A stretch of DNA of 64,000 bases. Source: Setoptus koraiensis. Its lineage: Eukaryota; Animalia; Arthropoda. This document shows positions 39,301-50,653 of this stretch, piece by piece (the first letter of the stretch is position 1; each line of letters starts with the position of its first letter). The stretch spans positions 15,252,001-15,316,000 of the forward strand of contig CM106586.1 of NCBI GenBank assembly GCA_048013815.1. Reading direction: 5' to 3'. The notes beneath the pieces were generated by a model, which searched no databases, was not told the origin of the DNA, and saw only the letters and a list, made by a program, of their open reading frames with translations. A program made the position numbers and the translations under genes.

Positions 39301-40571
39301 GCCCCACCTTTCTCTTTCTTTGTCTCTGTCTAAGGCTATCGATTATCTTTCATATGAGTATTTGTGAGTATGAATTATAATCTTGGTGTAATTAAAAGCG
39401 AATGAGCCATAATATCAGTTCGCTTTTTCATCCCTGATTTCCTTGTATCTGTTGTTGGTGCTGTTGCCGTTGTTGTTTTATCATTTTGCTTTTTATTCTA
39501 TAGTATTTATATTCTATCTTTAGTATTGATATAATAACACCGCTGGTAGTTATGTCCTTAATAACAACAATAATTCAATAGTTGAGCATTATAACAAGAT
39601 TATTATGCCATTATGAATAGTCAAATTAGAAATAGCGAAGAAACAAAAACTTTCAGTGGTGCCCCATTAAGTTATTGGCCACCATTAAATTTGCATGCCA
39701 ATGCTATTTCGGTATCTTATCTTCAGATATGCGCTTTTCTCTGACAAGCGAAAGGCTATTCAGGTTGGCTGGCACAACCGAGGCGACTCACTGTATCCTT
39801 TTGACAATTTTGATCGATCGTTTGACCCGGCTGAGCGTGTGTTTTAGATGCCGGTGGCATTAACCGAATCTGATCATTGATCAATGATTATCCCCATCGC
39901 ATCGACCAGATAAGATAGCATTTGTAGACAATATCCATGGAAAGTTAGACAGATCTTGCAAATCAATGTAGTAAATCAAGGTCAATTAACCAATGTGTTT
40001 TTAACAACTATCTGGCTATCACTATAATAATGAGCAATGTACCAAATGAATATACCGTTTGATTGAGCTCATTAGGCAACGCTAGCTGTTCATTGAAACA
40101 TCAAAATCAAGAATTTCTCCCTTTCTCTAATTGTGTATTGCCCAATGAAGATTTGTTTTACTTTTTGTCTAGATGGATTTAGTTGGCAACGAGTTATTTT
40201 AGACACTGACAATCAAACGAAAACAACTTTTACACAGTGTTGCTTATTTATGGTGTTCACATTGTGCGCGCGCTCATAAACGGTACATATCCAAGCATAC
40301 GAGACACGTCGAACGACAGATTTTCGATGGCACAGAATCGCACCGAATCTGGCACAGAAGCCCTTCGAATTTGGCGCGGGACCCCCTCCGAGGAAATTCT
40401 TTTCTTTGTATATGCAATGTTCGATGGGGATCCTTTCGGCCCCAAACGCAGGCACACGCAGTGGCCTAAGAATATATTGTTTGATACTCTAATTATAGTA
40501 TCAGAAAATATTACTTCGTTTCAGTGATCTGTCTAATCATCTCGGCAAGCAACTTCTGATCGTTTCGAACC

Positions 40572-41525
40572 ATGTCGTCGCCACTTGGATCAGCGAACGT
40601 TGATCGGAAATCAACTCCTCCGCAAGACGACTCTGAATCGAGGCAACAACAGCAATCACTTAATAATAGCAAAAAGAGAGGTAAGAAACGTTCGTTCGAT
40701 ATCGATTCTCTGATGGTTTCAGACAATGGCAACTCGCAAAATATTCGTCAAGCAAGTCAACAGAAATGCTTTGACACAGCAAATGTGGTCGATCATTGCA
40801 ATCAATCATCATCTATCAATAAGTCTTCATGTCATCAATCACTCAACAAGACTACAACTGAGGGAAATCCATTGGGAGAAAGTCAATCAATCCTTCCTCT
40901 CACAACCATCACCACCACTAATATGCAAAGCGATGAAAGCAAATTGTCAGCAGCTCAACAACAGGACTATGGCAATCAATTAATTGCCAACAACAGTCTT
41001 GAACAACAGCAAACCTTCGCGACCAATCTAACAACATCTACCAATCACACCTCTAAATATAATGTATTGCAAGTGCTTCAACCCACATCTATTTTAACAC
41101 CTTACGAATCGACCTACCAACAATTGGGCTGTCAGCCCGGATTGCAACTAACGTCCTCGGACGATCAGACATGCAGTTCATCCGCACCACAACAAGTCCG
41201 AAATGGTAAAACTAGTCAGCAGAATAGTACAGCTCCAAATATTATCACTAGCAATAATAATTCATCTAATCTAGTCTCGAATGATATACCACCGCGAAAC
41301 ATAGAAAGGAACAAGGATTCACAGGCATCATATCAGCAATCAACGGCACCCCAACACGATGATGGCCAACAGTTGACATCGAGTCTGACATTTATGCCAT
41401 CACTTGCAGTCTTGGCCACCTACCCAATGTTTAATTGGTGTGCTAAATGTAGCGCCTCATTCCGAATGACATCAGATCTTGTTCAACATATGAGGACACA
41501 CCATAAGAGGCATCGTACTAACTAG
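40572..41525 (+). CDS. PRDM8/ZNF488-like protein with a single C-terminal C2H2 finger (317 aa)
   Basis: A Q/N/S/T-rich body is followed by NWCAKCSASFRMTSDLVQHMRTHHK, nearly identical to the PRDM8/ZNF488 finger as I recall it (NWCAKCNASFRMTSDLVYHMRSHHK). Confidence 0.8.
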   Translation: MSSPLGSANVDRKSTPPQDDSESRQQQQSLNNSKKRGKKRSFDIDSLMVSDNGNSQNIRQASQQKCFDTANVVDHCNQSSSINKSSCHQSLNKTTTEGNPLGESQSILPLTTITTTNMQSDESKLSAAQQQDYGNQLIANNSLEQQQTFATNLTTSTNHTSKYNVLQVLQPTSILTPYESTYQQLGCQPGLQLTSSDDQTCSSSAPQQVRNGKTSQQNSTAPNIITSNNNSSNLVSNDIPPRNIERNKDSQASYQQSTAPQHDDGQQLTSSLTFMPSLAVLATYPMFNWCAKCSASFRMTSDLVQHMRTHHKRHRTN

Positions 41526-41809
41526 GCCCAAACAAATTTTTTGGGCCCAAAATAAACAGTGCAACGATGGCGACAGGGCGAAAATTGAAGTCTCCAATGT
41601 ATGGGTTTTCTCACTCATTTTATAGTATCCCAACGAAATCCATACCTTTAAGATAATCAATGATCTCATCAAACTAACAGGCATATTCTCATTGTCTACC
41701 GATACATAGCAACGAAACAGCTACAGATTGAAACACTATAACAGATCTACTAATAAAGTTTAATCGCAGTAGTTGCACCATGAGGGACCTTGTTATTAAA
41801 ACTTCAATT

Positions 41810-43249
41810 TTATTTATCATTGGATTTAGATAGTTTCTTAATTTCATCAAGACAATATTTGGAGGTCGCTGTAACATCTTTAAAATTATAATGTTGCCTA
41901 TTGCTATGAGCCAATTTACTTGATTGTTCACAGTAATATATTGCTTGATCAATTTTCAACAATTGTAGATGTATTAGGCCTAGATTCGCGTAAAACGAGG
42001 CTAGCTCTTGAGAGCCTGCTTCTTTAGCTCCTTCAACGGCCTTTTTTATATAATCACATCCTTCTTCGGGGAAATCACTCATGGCGAGAGTTGTGCCTAC
42101 GTCATTCATTAGTATGAGTGTTTGATCATGTATTCTACCCAATACAAGAGAACTTATTTGTACGGCTTTCTTCAACACTTTAGTGGCCTCATTCATGTTA
42201 TTCTCACCAATGTAATGTTTGGCCAACCAATCGTAACCCCATCCAAGCAAAGCTAACTCGTTCTTTTTTTCATCACTAAGATCGTCGGACTTTAAAGTAT
42301 CTAAATGAGGAATTAGATCTTTGAGTTTTTCTTGAAGTGTGTCAATAACAAATTGATAACCTTTGACAGCTTTGTGATGGCTGTCTTTCCTACGACTATA
42401 AATGGAGGCTAATTTTAAAGAAAGTTCTAGTATTGCCGGATCAGTGGGGTCAGTGTTGTGATTTAGCATTTTTTTGATTAACTCTACAAAAATCTTTTCA
42501 GCATGAACCAGATCCTCGTTCTCGAAATAACTCGTTGCCAATATATTATTTATTAGCATTTCTTTCTCATAATTATCATCATCTTGGGCTAAAACTAATG
42601 CGTCATGGAGTATCTCCTCAGCTTTGGCATAATCTTGTTTCATGAGACAATAGGCTCCTTTTCGTATTAGAATATCCAGTGGAGTTAGCTCTTTGTCATC
42701 TATATCATCAATATTGTCCTTAAATCCAAATATACTCATTATACTGAAAGCAATCAAGTATCCATACGAAATAGAAGATCTCCTTTTGCGGTAGTTTTTT
42801 TCACTTCTATATGAGTTGCCTGCTGTAATTGGGCTAATATCTTCAAAGATAACTTGATGATGAGATCCCCTGATAGTTTCCTCCCCAAATATATGATTAT
42901 GAGTTTTCCTCAACTGTTCTCGAGGTGGTCTGCTCTCTTTCAGTTTCAGGTTATTGCTGTAAAATCTTACGATACTGTTATATTTGAGATCCTGATTTTG
43001 AGACAGATCAATTTGTGAACTGCCTGTAAATAGTTTGTTTCTAGAATTAGACAACGTAAATTTTTTTAACAATTTATGTTTGGTGTTGAACTGCGTCTGA
43101 TAATAGTAGGTAGGTCGCAATAGGTTATGATAATGTGCTGGCATGTCATTTAATTTAGAGAATTCATCGTAATACATAATGCCAGAACCTTTTGGTTGCT
43201 TCAATGCTCTGAGCATTAGCCCTAGTGATGACCTAATGAGTGACATCAT
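41810..43249 (-). CDS. TTC19: TTC19-like mitochondrial TPR protein (479 aa, intronless)
   Basis: Basic, R/L/S-rich N-terminus resembling a mitochondrial presequence, then a hydrophobic segment and TPR repeats (KQDYAKAEEILHDAL, ILELSLKLASIY, LASFYANLGLIH). This architecture is typical of TTC19. Confidence 0.8.
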   Translation of the reverse strand: MMSLIRSSLGLMLRALKQPKGSGIMYYDEFSKLNDMPAHYHNLLRPTYYYQTQFNTKHKLLKKFTLSNSRNKLFTGSSQIDLSQNQDLKYNSIVRFYSNNLKLKESRPPREQLRKTHNHIFGEETIRGSHHQVIFEDISPITAGNSYRSEKNYRKRRSSISYGYLIAFSIMSIFGFKDNIDDIDDKELTPLDILIRKGAYCLMKQDYAKAEEILHDALVLAQDDDNYEKEMLINNILATSYFENEDLVHAEKIFVELIKKMLNHNTDPTDPAILELSLKLASIYSRRKDSHHKAVKGYQFVIDTLQEKLKDLIPHLDTLKSDDLSDEKKNELALLGWGYDWLAKHYIGENNMNEATKVLKKAVQISSLVLGRIHDQTLILMNDVGTTLAMSDFPEEGCDYIKKAVEGAKEAGSQELASFYANLGLIHLQLLKIDQAIYYCEQSSKLAHSNRQHYNFKDVTATSKYCLDEIKKLSKSNDK

Positions 43250-43750
43250 TCCGCCAGGAGGTTCTAATAGGCGTTAGAAACTGCAAATAGTCTTGCGACC
43301 ATTAATCGAAATATTCGGATATAATATTATCGAATTTTAATTTAATAATTTTTAGTAATAAATCAGCGAAGCTGACGGACAATGTTAAAATTTAATGCAA
43401 CAGACGGAATTCTTGTTTTGTCCTTCCTAAGAGCTCCTGTCCTATTCTCCCTCAAAACATATGTTTTTTGCGATAATAGCCTTCAGAAGAAAAGTTTCCA
43501 CATGATTGGGAAGGGGGCACGCACGACGACTTTCACTTGAGGACGTGCGCTGCCTGATCCTTCTAACGAGCAAATTAAATGCAAAATTCCTGATTCGCAG
43601 AAATAAAAAGAACTAACAAAAAGTGAAACATCTATCGAGACAACCCACAAATTAGTGTGCTAACAAGAGCGCTGCAAGCGCCTCTCGTGGAGTTTCTTTT
43701 AATCATATTATCATCGGTCACACAATGGTACAATATGACATGCAATAATG

Positions 43751-44247
43751 GCCATATTGTTGTTGTGATTTAAGTCATTGTTATCCCACTACACTTGTCA
43801 TTAAATGCACTGTAATCGTCGCAATTAAGAGCTCTCTTTTCATTTTACACCAGAGATAATGTTCTCATTATTTTATGGCTTCTGGGAATACTTTTTCAAG
43901 AAGGGAGATTATTTTGTTTTGATTTTAGGATTAGATAACTCAGGGAAGACCACATTTCTGGAGCACGCTAGAGTTAAATTTAACAAAAATCACCGACCAA
44001 TCGATCTATCTAGGATAGCTTCAACAGTAGGATTAAATGTCGGACGAATCGAGACATCGGGAGTGAGATTAAACTTTTGGGACCTCGGAGGCCAGAGAGA
44101 GTTACAATTGTTATGGAACAAGGTAAATAATCATAACACAGTACCCAACATATAGCCCTTTGCATAAAACACTACACTATTTACAAAAGCATCAATCTAG
44201 TAACCAATCGATCAATCGAATTATATCACATTCATTTTTCTAGTACT
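43751..44247 (+). repeat. 497-bp duplicate of 44785..45281 (ARFRP1 5' region, exon 1, intron 1) abutting the gap
   Basis: Constant offset of 1034 bp and no differences seen by eye. The copy is truncated 4 nt into exon 2, followed by 37 unrelated bases and then Ns. Confidence 0.9.
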
Positions 44248-44284
44248 CAAAGCCCATATGACTCTAAACCCAGAACCTCTCACT

Positions 44285-44784
44285 NNNNNNNNNNNNNNNN
44301 NNNNNNNNNNNNNNNNNNNNNNNNNNNNNNNNNNNNNNNNNNNNNNNNNNNNNNNNNNNNNNNNNNNNNNNNNNNNNNNNNNNNNNNNNNNNNNNNNNNN
44401 NNNNNNNNNNNNNNNNNNNNNNNNNNNNNNNNNNNNNNNNNNNNNNNNNNNNNNNNNNNNNNNNNNNNNNNNNNNNNNNNNNNNNNNNNNNNNNNNNNNN
44501 NNNNNNNNNNNNNNNNNNNNNNNNNNNNNNNNNNNNNNNNNNNNNNNNNNNNNNNNNNNNNNNNNNNNNNNNNNNNNNNNNNNNNNNNNNNNNNNNNNNN
44601 NNNNNNNNNNNNNNNNNNNNNNNNNNNNNNNNNNNNNNNNNNNNNNNNNNNNNNNNNNNNNNNNNNNNNNNNNNNNNNNNNNNNNNNNNNNNNNNNNNNN
44701 NNNNNNNNNNNNNNNNNNNNNNNNNNNNNNNNNNNNNNNNNNNNNNNNNNNNNNNNNNNNNNNNNNNNNNNNNNNNNNNNNNNN
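44285..44784. other. assembly gap (500 N)
   Basis: Run of exactly 500 N, a placeholder-sized scaffold gap. Confidence 0.99.
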
Positions 44785-44892
44785 GCCATATTGTTGTTGT
44801 GATTTAAGTCATTGTTATCCCACTACACTTGTCATTAAATGCACTGTAATCGTCGCAATTAAGAGCTCTCTTTTCATTTTACACCAGAGATA

Positions 44893-45610
44893 ATGTTCTC
44901 ATTATTTTATGGCTTCTGGGAATACTTTTTCAAGAAGGGAGATTATTTTGTTTTGATTTTAGGATTAGATAACTCAGGGAAGACCACATTTCTGGAGCAC
45001 GCTAGAGTTAAATTTAACAAAAATCACCGACCAATCGATCTATCTAGGATAGCTTCAACAGTAGGATTAAATGTCGGACGAATCGAGACATCGGGAGTGA
45101 GATTAAACTTTTGGGACCTCGGAGGCCAGAGAGAGTTACAATTGTTATGGAACAAGGTAAATAATCATAACACAGTACCCAACATATAGCCCTTTGCATA
45201 AAACACTACACTATTTACAAAAGCATCAATCTAGTAACCAATCGATCAATCGAATTATATCACATTCATTTTTCTAGTACTTTCTAGAGTCTCACGCAGT
45301 TATTTGGGTAGTTGATTCGTCAGATCGCAATAGACTTGAAGAGTCAAGACAATCATTCGACAGTATAATCAAAAATAAACTTTTGGATGGGCTGCCTTTG
45401 CTATTCGTCATAAACAAACAAGACATTCCCAACTCCTATTCTCCAGACGAAGTAATAGCAGCCTACAGACCAAGTCTCAATATAATTGGCGACAGGCACT
45501 TTCTTACATTACCCGTATCGGCACTTAAAGGCAACGGTCTGCAACAAGCAATAGATTGGATCGCAGAACATATCAAAACCACGCCTAAGCCTCCGTCCGA
45601 ATCTATATAA
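44893..45610 (+). CDS. ARFRP1: ADP-ribosylation factor-related protein 1 (2 exons: 44893-45156, 45278-45610; 198 aa)
   Basis: MFSLFYGFWEYFFKK N-terminus (no Gly2), G1 GLDNSGKTT, G3 WDLGGQ, G4 NKQD and SAL. A 121-nt gtaaat...ctag intron joins LWNK|YFLESHAVIWVVDS. Confidence 0.93.
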
Positions 45611-46516
45611 TAAATTTTATTATATGTATATAATATATAATAGATCTTGAAATTAAACTATTAAATCAACTAAAGCATAGTACGGGTATCTATATATTAC
45701 TGTATAACTGTACAAGATTGCTCTTGTTTACATCTATCACACAGCTACAGAGATTATATCTTGTTGACTTGGCTAGTTTGTTTGTTCAGTCTAGTACCTG
45801 TCACCTGAATTGAAGAGCGATTTTTAATATCAGTGAACGATATTGTAGAACGACAACCGGCAGAAACAACTTGTTCATTCAGTACGGTTTTCTGATGTCG
45901 CCGCACTACTTCTACTACTACCATCAACTTGTATTCGCCATCATGTCGGGCAAACATCATTGATACACTTTGTTCAAACAAGTGGTAGCAATCTTCTGCT
46001 TCCTATTAGACTCTAAACTATAGTTGTACAATCAAAGAAATGATCAGTGATACTTGGTAGTTGGGTACTATTATGTAATTGCTACCGTTATAGAGATTCC
46101 GCTAACATTACCTAATGAAAGTTGCATGTAGCTTTGATTATTGTTGACTTAGTGATCATTGAACAACAACATTGATAGGCATTATGATTGCCTGATCTAG
46201 GTGAGTTTCTTCATCTTACAATTGATTGTCAAACTTATGACTGATGGCTTTCATACGACAGCATACAGACATCAGACTAGTTCCTCGATATCCAGTACAG
46301 TCGCCATCGTGTCTGACTTTCAATTACTTGGCTCTATTTTTTTGTGACACTCATAATTGTATGAACCTTTACTTGGTGGTACGGTAGGTTTGAAGTGAAT
46401 TCAACACTGTCATGCGATGGCGCCTCCCTCTTGACGATATCAGATTCAACCGTGAATTCTCTTCAACATCCTGTAAGGGATCCTCAAATTTGCACTGTGG
46501 CGATTATCAAAATACT

Positions 46517-46554
46517 TATAAAATAGTGGGCCTTCACTAACCGCCTTATCATTC
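46517..46554 (+). promoter_or_regulatory. candidate TATA box plus initiator of the secreted precursor gene
   Basis: TATAAAA at 46517 and TCATTC (Inr consensus TCAKTY) at 46549. A candidate 5'UTR intron runs gtaagt(46636)...acag(46768), just before the ATG. Confidence 0.45.
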
Positions 46555-46769
46555 AACAATCGCCATCAATCGAGTATACATCAGTCTTTTCAAATAGAAT
46601 TCAATCAGTTTCGTTTCAGTCAATAGAACCCAAAAGTAAGTTGAGTGATTCAAGTGCTTTATCTGCAGACCAATGAGAAAGCTTTCAACATTTTAAAGAT
46701 CAAACACGTATATATATACATATATCGCTCTAGTCTAAAAATTAATTTATTGCCCTATAAACAAACAGA

Positions 46770-47528
46770 ATGTCGCCGCAACTAAATTCCGTCGCATCTA
46801 TTGCCGCCATAGCAACAATACTGTTGTTTGTTTCATCAAGTGCACATTGTCAAGATTACGATAATGAAGGTGAGACTGCCATAACTGGTCTATCAGGCCT
46901 TTCAGGTCTATCAGGTCTTACAGGATTAGCCGCTAGCGGTGCCATAACTGGTTATGCTCCAATTGGCGCATCCAACGCCGAGGCTTCAAACCACAATGAA
47001 AATCAACAACAGGGTGCAGCTAGTGAAAACTCCGAGGCCGAAGCTGGAGATTACGACGAGGACTCCAATGATTCGTCAGCTTCAGAAATGCACCCCATTC
47101 TATCCAAAGTGATCAACTTGATCAGTGGTGGCCGGTAAGTTCACTACATTTCTGACTCGACCCTTTTATTTTCAAGCAACCTGATTCCACTAACAGCTCT
47201 CGTCGACATCCACCTGTACAATGTCCGTCCAGTCACAAGAGATCGATCCCAGAGATTGAAAGCCATCAGGTTGCAGCAACAAAAACAGTTCACAGAGTTA
47301 AGAGAGGATCGAAAGGATATGTGCCATACGTCAGCACATACGTCAAGACAGACAAGAAGGCCAACTTCAAATGGGGCGTAAGTAAACAAGATTCAGTCAA
47401 ATTCAGATTCTACAGGGTAAGCGAGGCTTCATTATAATATTTACATATATTTACACATGATATTTGTTGGATTGATCATTCTAAAACAGGTTAAAGCCAA
47501 GGTCGGAAAGAAATACGGACGCAAATGA
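46770..47528 (+). CDS. secreted prohormone-like precursor of unknown family (3 exons: 46770-47134, 47197-47377, 47490-47528; 194 aa)
   Basis: Signal peptide MSPQLNSVASIAAIATILLFVSSSAHC and an acidic pro-region. Two GT-AG introns (62 and 112 nt) keep the frame. The C-terminus is RVKR-GSKGYVPYVSTYVKTDKKANFKWG|VKAKVGKKYGRK*. Confidence 0.8.
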
Positions 47529-47921
47529 GGAATTACTATCTAACTTGCTTAGATGAGGATGCGAGGGATTCTGGTCGACCAAAGCCAGTGTCTACAAACA
47601 AGGATTCAACTAACCCACTAATCCAATGATTTGTCTGTTGCTAGTAAGTGTTGGTGCTCTTCCAAAGACAATATCCAGGGTTTTATTCAGGAACTCTGTT
47701 GCAAATAAAATAAGAAAATTCATTGATATCCTGGGGTATTGTGTTGATATTCGGCTAGTCTGACACATAACAGACAAACACTAACAAAACGACAAATTGT
47801 ACACGTAACATGCTGAAAGAATGATGAGATGATTTGTGCACATTATCATCATGTCGATTGATTGGCCTGTCTATAGTGATGTAGAATATGTATTTGTTGG
47901 CAGATAAGAAGTGTCTATAAA

Positions 47922-48979
47922 CTATTGTCGTTGGGCGGCATGCGTTGCCGCCGATACTTCGAGGGCTTTGGTAGATTCAAAATCTATCATTGTATAGGCG
48001 AGTTGTGTGTCCTCTTGTTTGAGCTGTGTAGATTGTAGTGGAATGTTATTATGTTTAACCATTTGTGATTTTGATAATTCATCTGTTTGACTGATAATGG
48101 CAGCATCAGTGGATGTGGATGCGTCTTTGGTGTTGTTGTTGCATAATGACGACTTGTCAATTGTGCCATTTGTATCACTTTTCACAAATTGATTATTATG
48201 GGTATTCGTTGTTGTTGTGTGGTGAGAGAGTTGTTTGCCTCGATTGTTTGTTGCATTGTCTGATTGATTATGATGATGAAAAAGACCATCGGTGCCACAA
48301 TGTGCATTTCGCGTGACAAAATTCTCTATTTGGCTCATCTGATTGTTGTTGGGTGTGTCGGTGGACCTCTGACGAACATTTTGATTTCTTGCGGCGGGCA
48401 GTTCCTGGAAAAGATCTTGATCGTTAAGGCCAGCCTTGAGTATATTCTCTCTGAGCATGTTAATAAGATCGAGGCCACGGTCCACTTTGAAGGCATAAAT
48501 GCCAGTGCCCAGGGGACCCTTGCGTCCACTTTCAAAGCTGAACTGATTATCATCACAACCGTATCTTCGTATGCAACTGATAGGCCACCTCAAAGGAAAC
48601 TTGCCAGGCCGATAGAAGGTGAGATCTGAGTTGGTTAGTTGTATTTCGCCCCGTGAAACCTCCTCTCCGTCTTCGTTGACATTACAAGCCTGTTTTTGTT
48701 GTTGTATAATAAATGTGGATGTAAGATATATGGATGGATGGATTAGTTAGTTATTTAGTTAGTAAATTATTGTAAGATATTAGTAACTATTGTTGTTACT
48801 GTTCTTCTGGATTGTGTTATTTGTTGTGTCGCACCGAAGCCCAACAATTGGCAATCGGTCAGTAGAATGGTTACCTTGAATCGAATTTCTGGACGGTCCA
48901 AATTAACCGACTCAATAGATTCTGTACGGATACTGCCCGCAGTATAAACACATTTCATCAGCGTCTGAAGAATGTTCAT
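47922..48979 (-). CDS. FRS2: FRS2/FRS3-like IRS-type PTB adaptor (2 exons: 48979-48875, 48689-47922; ~290 aa)
   Basis: Spliced RFK|ACNVNEDGEEVSRGEIQLTNSDLTFY...WPISCIRRYGCDDNQFSFESGRKGPLGTGIYAFK matches the FRS2 PTB domain. A C-terminal LAYTMIDFESTKAL tyrosine motif is present. The intron is gtaacc...acag. The start codon is less certain. Confidence 0.82.
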
Positions 48980-50653
48980 CTTTTTGTTTTGTTGCCCCAG
49001 AGATTATTTGCTTGATCTGATTGCTTTGTGAAACGTACGAGTGTGCAATTGATAAATAACTGATTATCTGCAATATTAATAATAATAAATAATAAAATGA
49101 ATAGCTCGCTGTTTATTGTGATGGTAATATTGTTGATTATGTCAGCAATATTTGCAGCATTAGCACCATGTTTGTTGCGATGATGTACTAAGTGTATAAA
49201 TATAGTACAACAACGACGCTTGTTGTTTACATGAGGGGGTATATATGCTCATGAGTCAGATGACAACGGTACCCACTGTATAGGCCATTTGGCATGATAT
49301 AGTGTGGTGAACGCTGTAAGATGATTTATTGCACATGGCACAATACAGCGGACACCATACTAGCAGTAACTACTTTGCATACTTGGTAGGGTTTATTCAT
49401 GTTGTTGTTGACGATAGTAACTGATCGTGAGATGGACAAATACAGTAATAACAATAATGCTGATTGCTGTTGTTCGGTTAAAAAAACAAAACAATAGTGG
49501 CCACAAATGTACACGCGGACGCATATCATGAATCCATATGCTTCAATACGACAACCGCTGCTCAGTAACCAACTGACCACCATCCTCTCGTGTCGATACA
49601 ATTACACCCACACATTCAACTCGATCACTCTGATATCTGTCATGATTGTTATTCCCAACGCCCGAAGCAATCAGTTTGGATGTGTTCTGTTATGGGCCAG
49701 CTTCATTCGATCAGTCGGATCGATTTGATTCGAATATGCAATTGTTGTTCGACAGGACAGTCTGTTTGAGCAGGTATCACGCGAACGAGCTCCACGACAA
49801 CATTATGTTACGAGGTGCACACGCCACCATCTTTTGCCAGCACCAGCCAGCACCAGCCACCACCAATCCTTTGTGGGCTAGCGAGCAATATTCTCATATT
49901 ATCAGAGTAATGTTTTGTTGTTGATATCTCGAATCATAGTGTTTGCTCTCGGTATTTGATATTGCGGCAAAGTGAGGCAAATTTCAGGCCTTATTTAAAA
50001 TGTAAATTATGGCATCGAGTCAATCGCTAGAAATATCACATTGATGCCAGCATTTGTTTGCTAGTGCTTGCGACACAATGTGTTACTCTGAGGATCATGT
50101 GGATGCATTATCCGAGTTACACATAAATCTTCTGACTCATTATACCAATCATTGACTAGACACATAAACGAGTCTACAAACGAATAAACAAATTGTCGCC
50201 AAATCCTAGACCAATTGACGTTGCCAGTACAAGTTCACCGTTCTTCCTCTTATTCTTTTAACAAAGGTGATCAACCTCTAGCGGACTGTTCTGTTATGTA
50301 CAAGTCAGCTGTTTTTATTATTCGTACACATTGCATTAGCGAGTTGTGTGTTGTTTCAATGCAACATGCACCTGCATAAAATCGTTCAACTCATTCCGTG
50401 AGGACACAGTCCGCTACATGTACCACACTATTAATATAGGAGCTTCTATTGGAAATGATTTTCTTTCCCTCTATTTCAAAGGAATTTTATCTTTACTATT
50501 TTGATTATATAATAAATGAATTTTTCTAAAATTGCCATTGCAATCTAAAATAAACGTTGTAATGTAAAAATTTAAAATTGACAAGTCAATCCTATCATCC
50601 ATCCCAGATTATCATTACTAGTGTGCTGCTAGTAAGATAATATTAATAATATC

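Noticed and set aside
43859-44155. Apparent second, truncated ARFRP1 gene or pseudogene
   Set aside because: It is identical to the complete copy and abuts a round-number N gap, so it is best explained as an assembly overlap.
44258-44893. ORFs spanning the N run
   Set aside because: They are produced by unknown bases.
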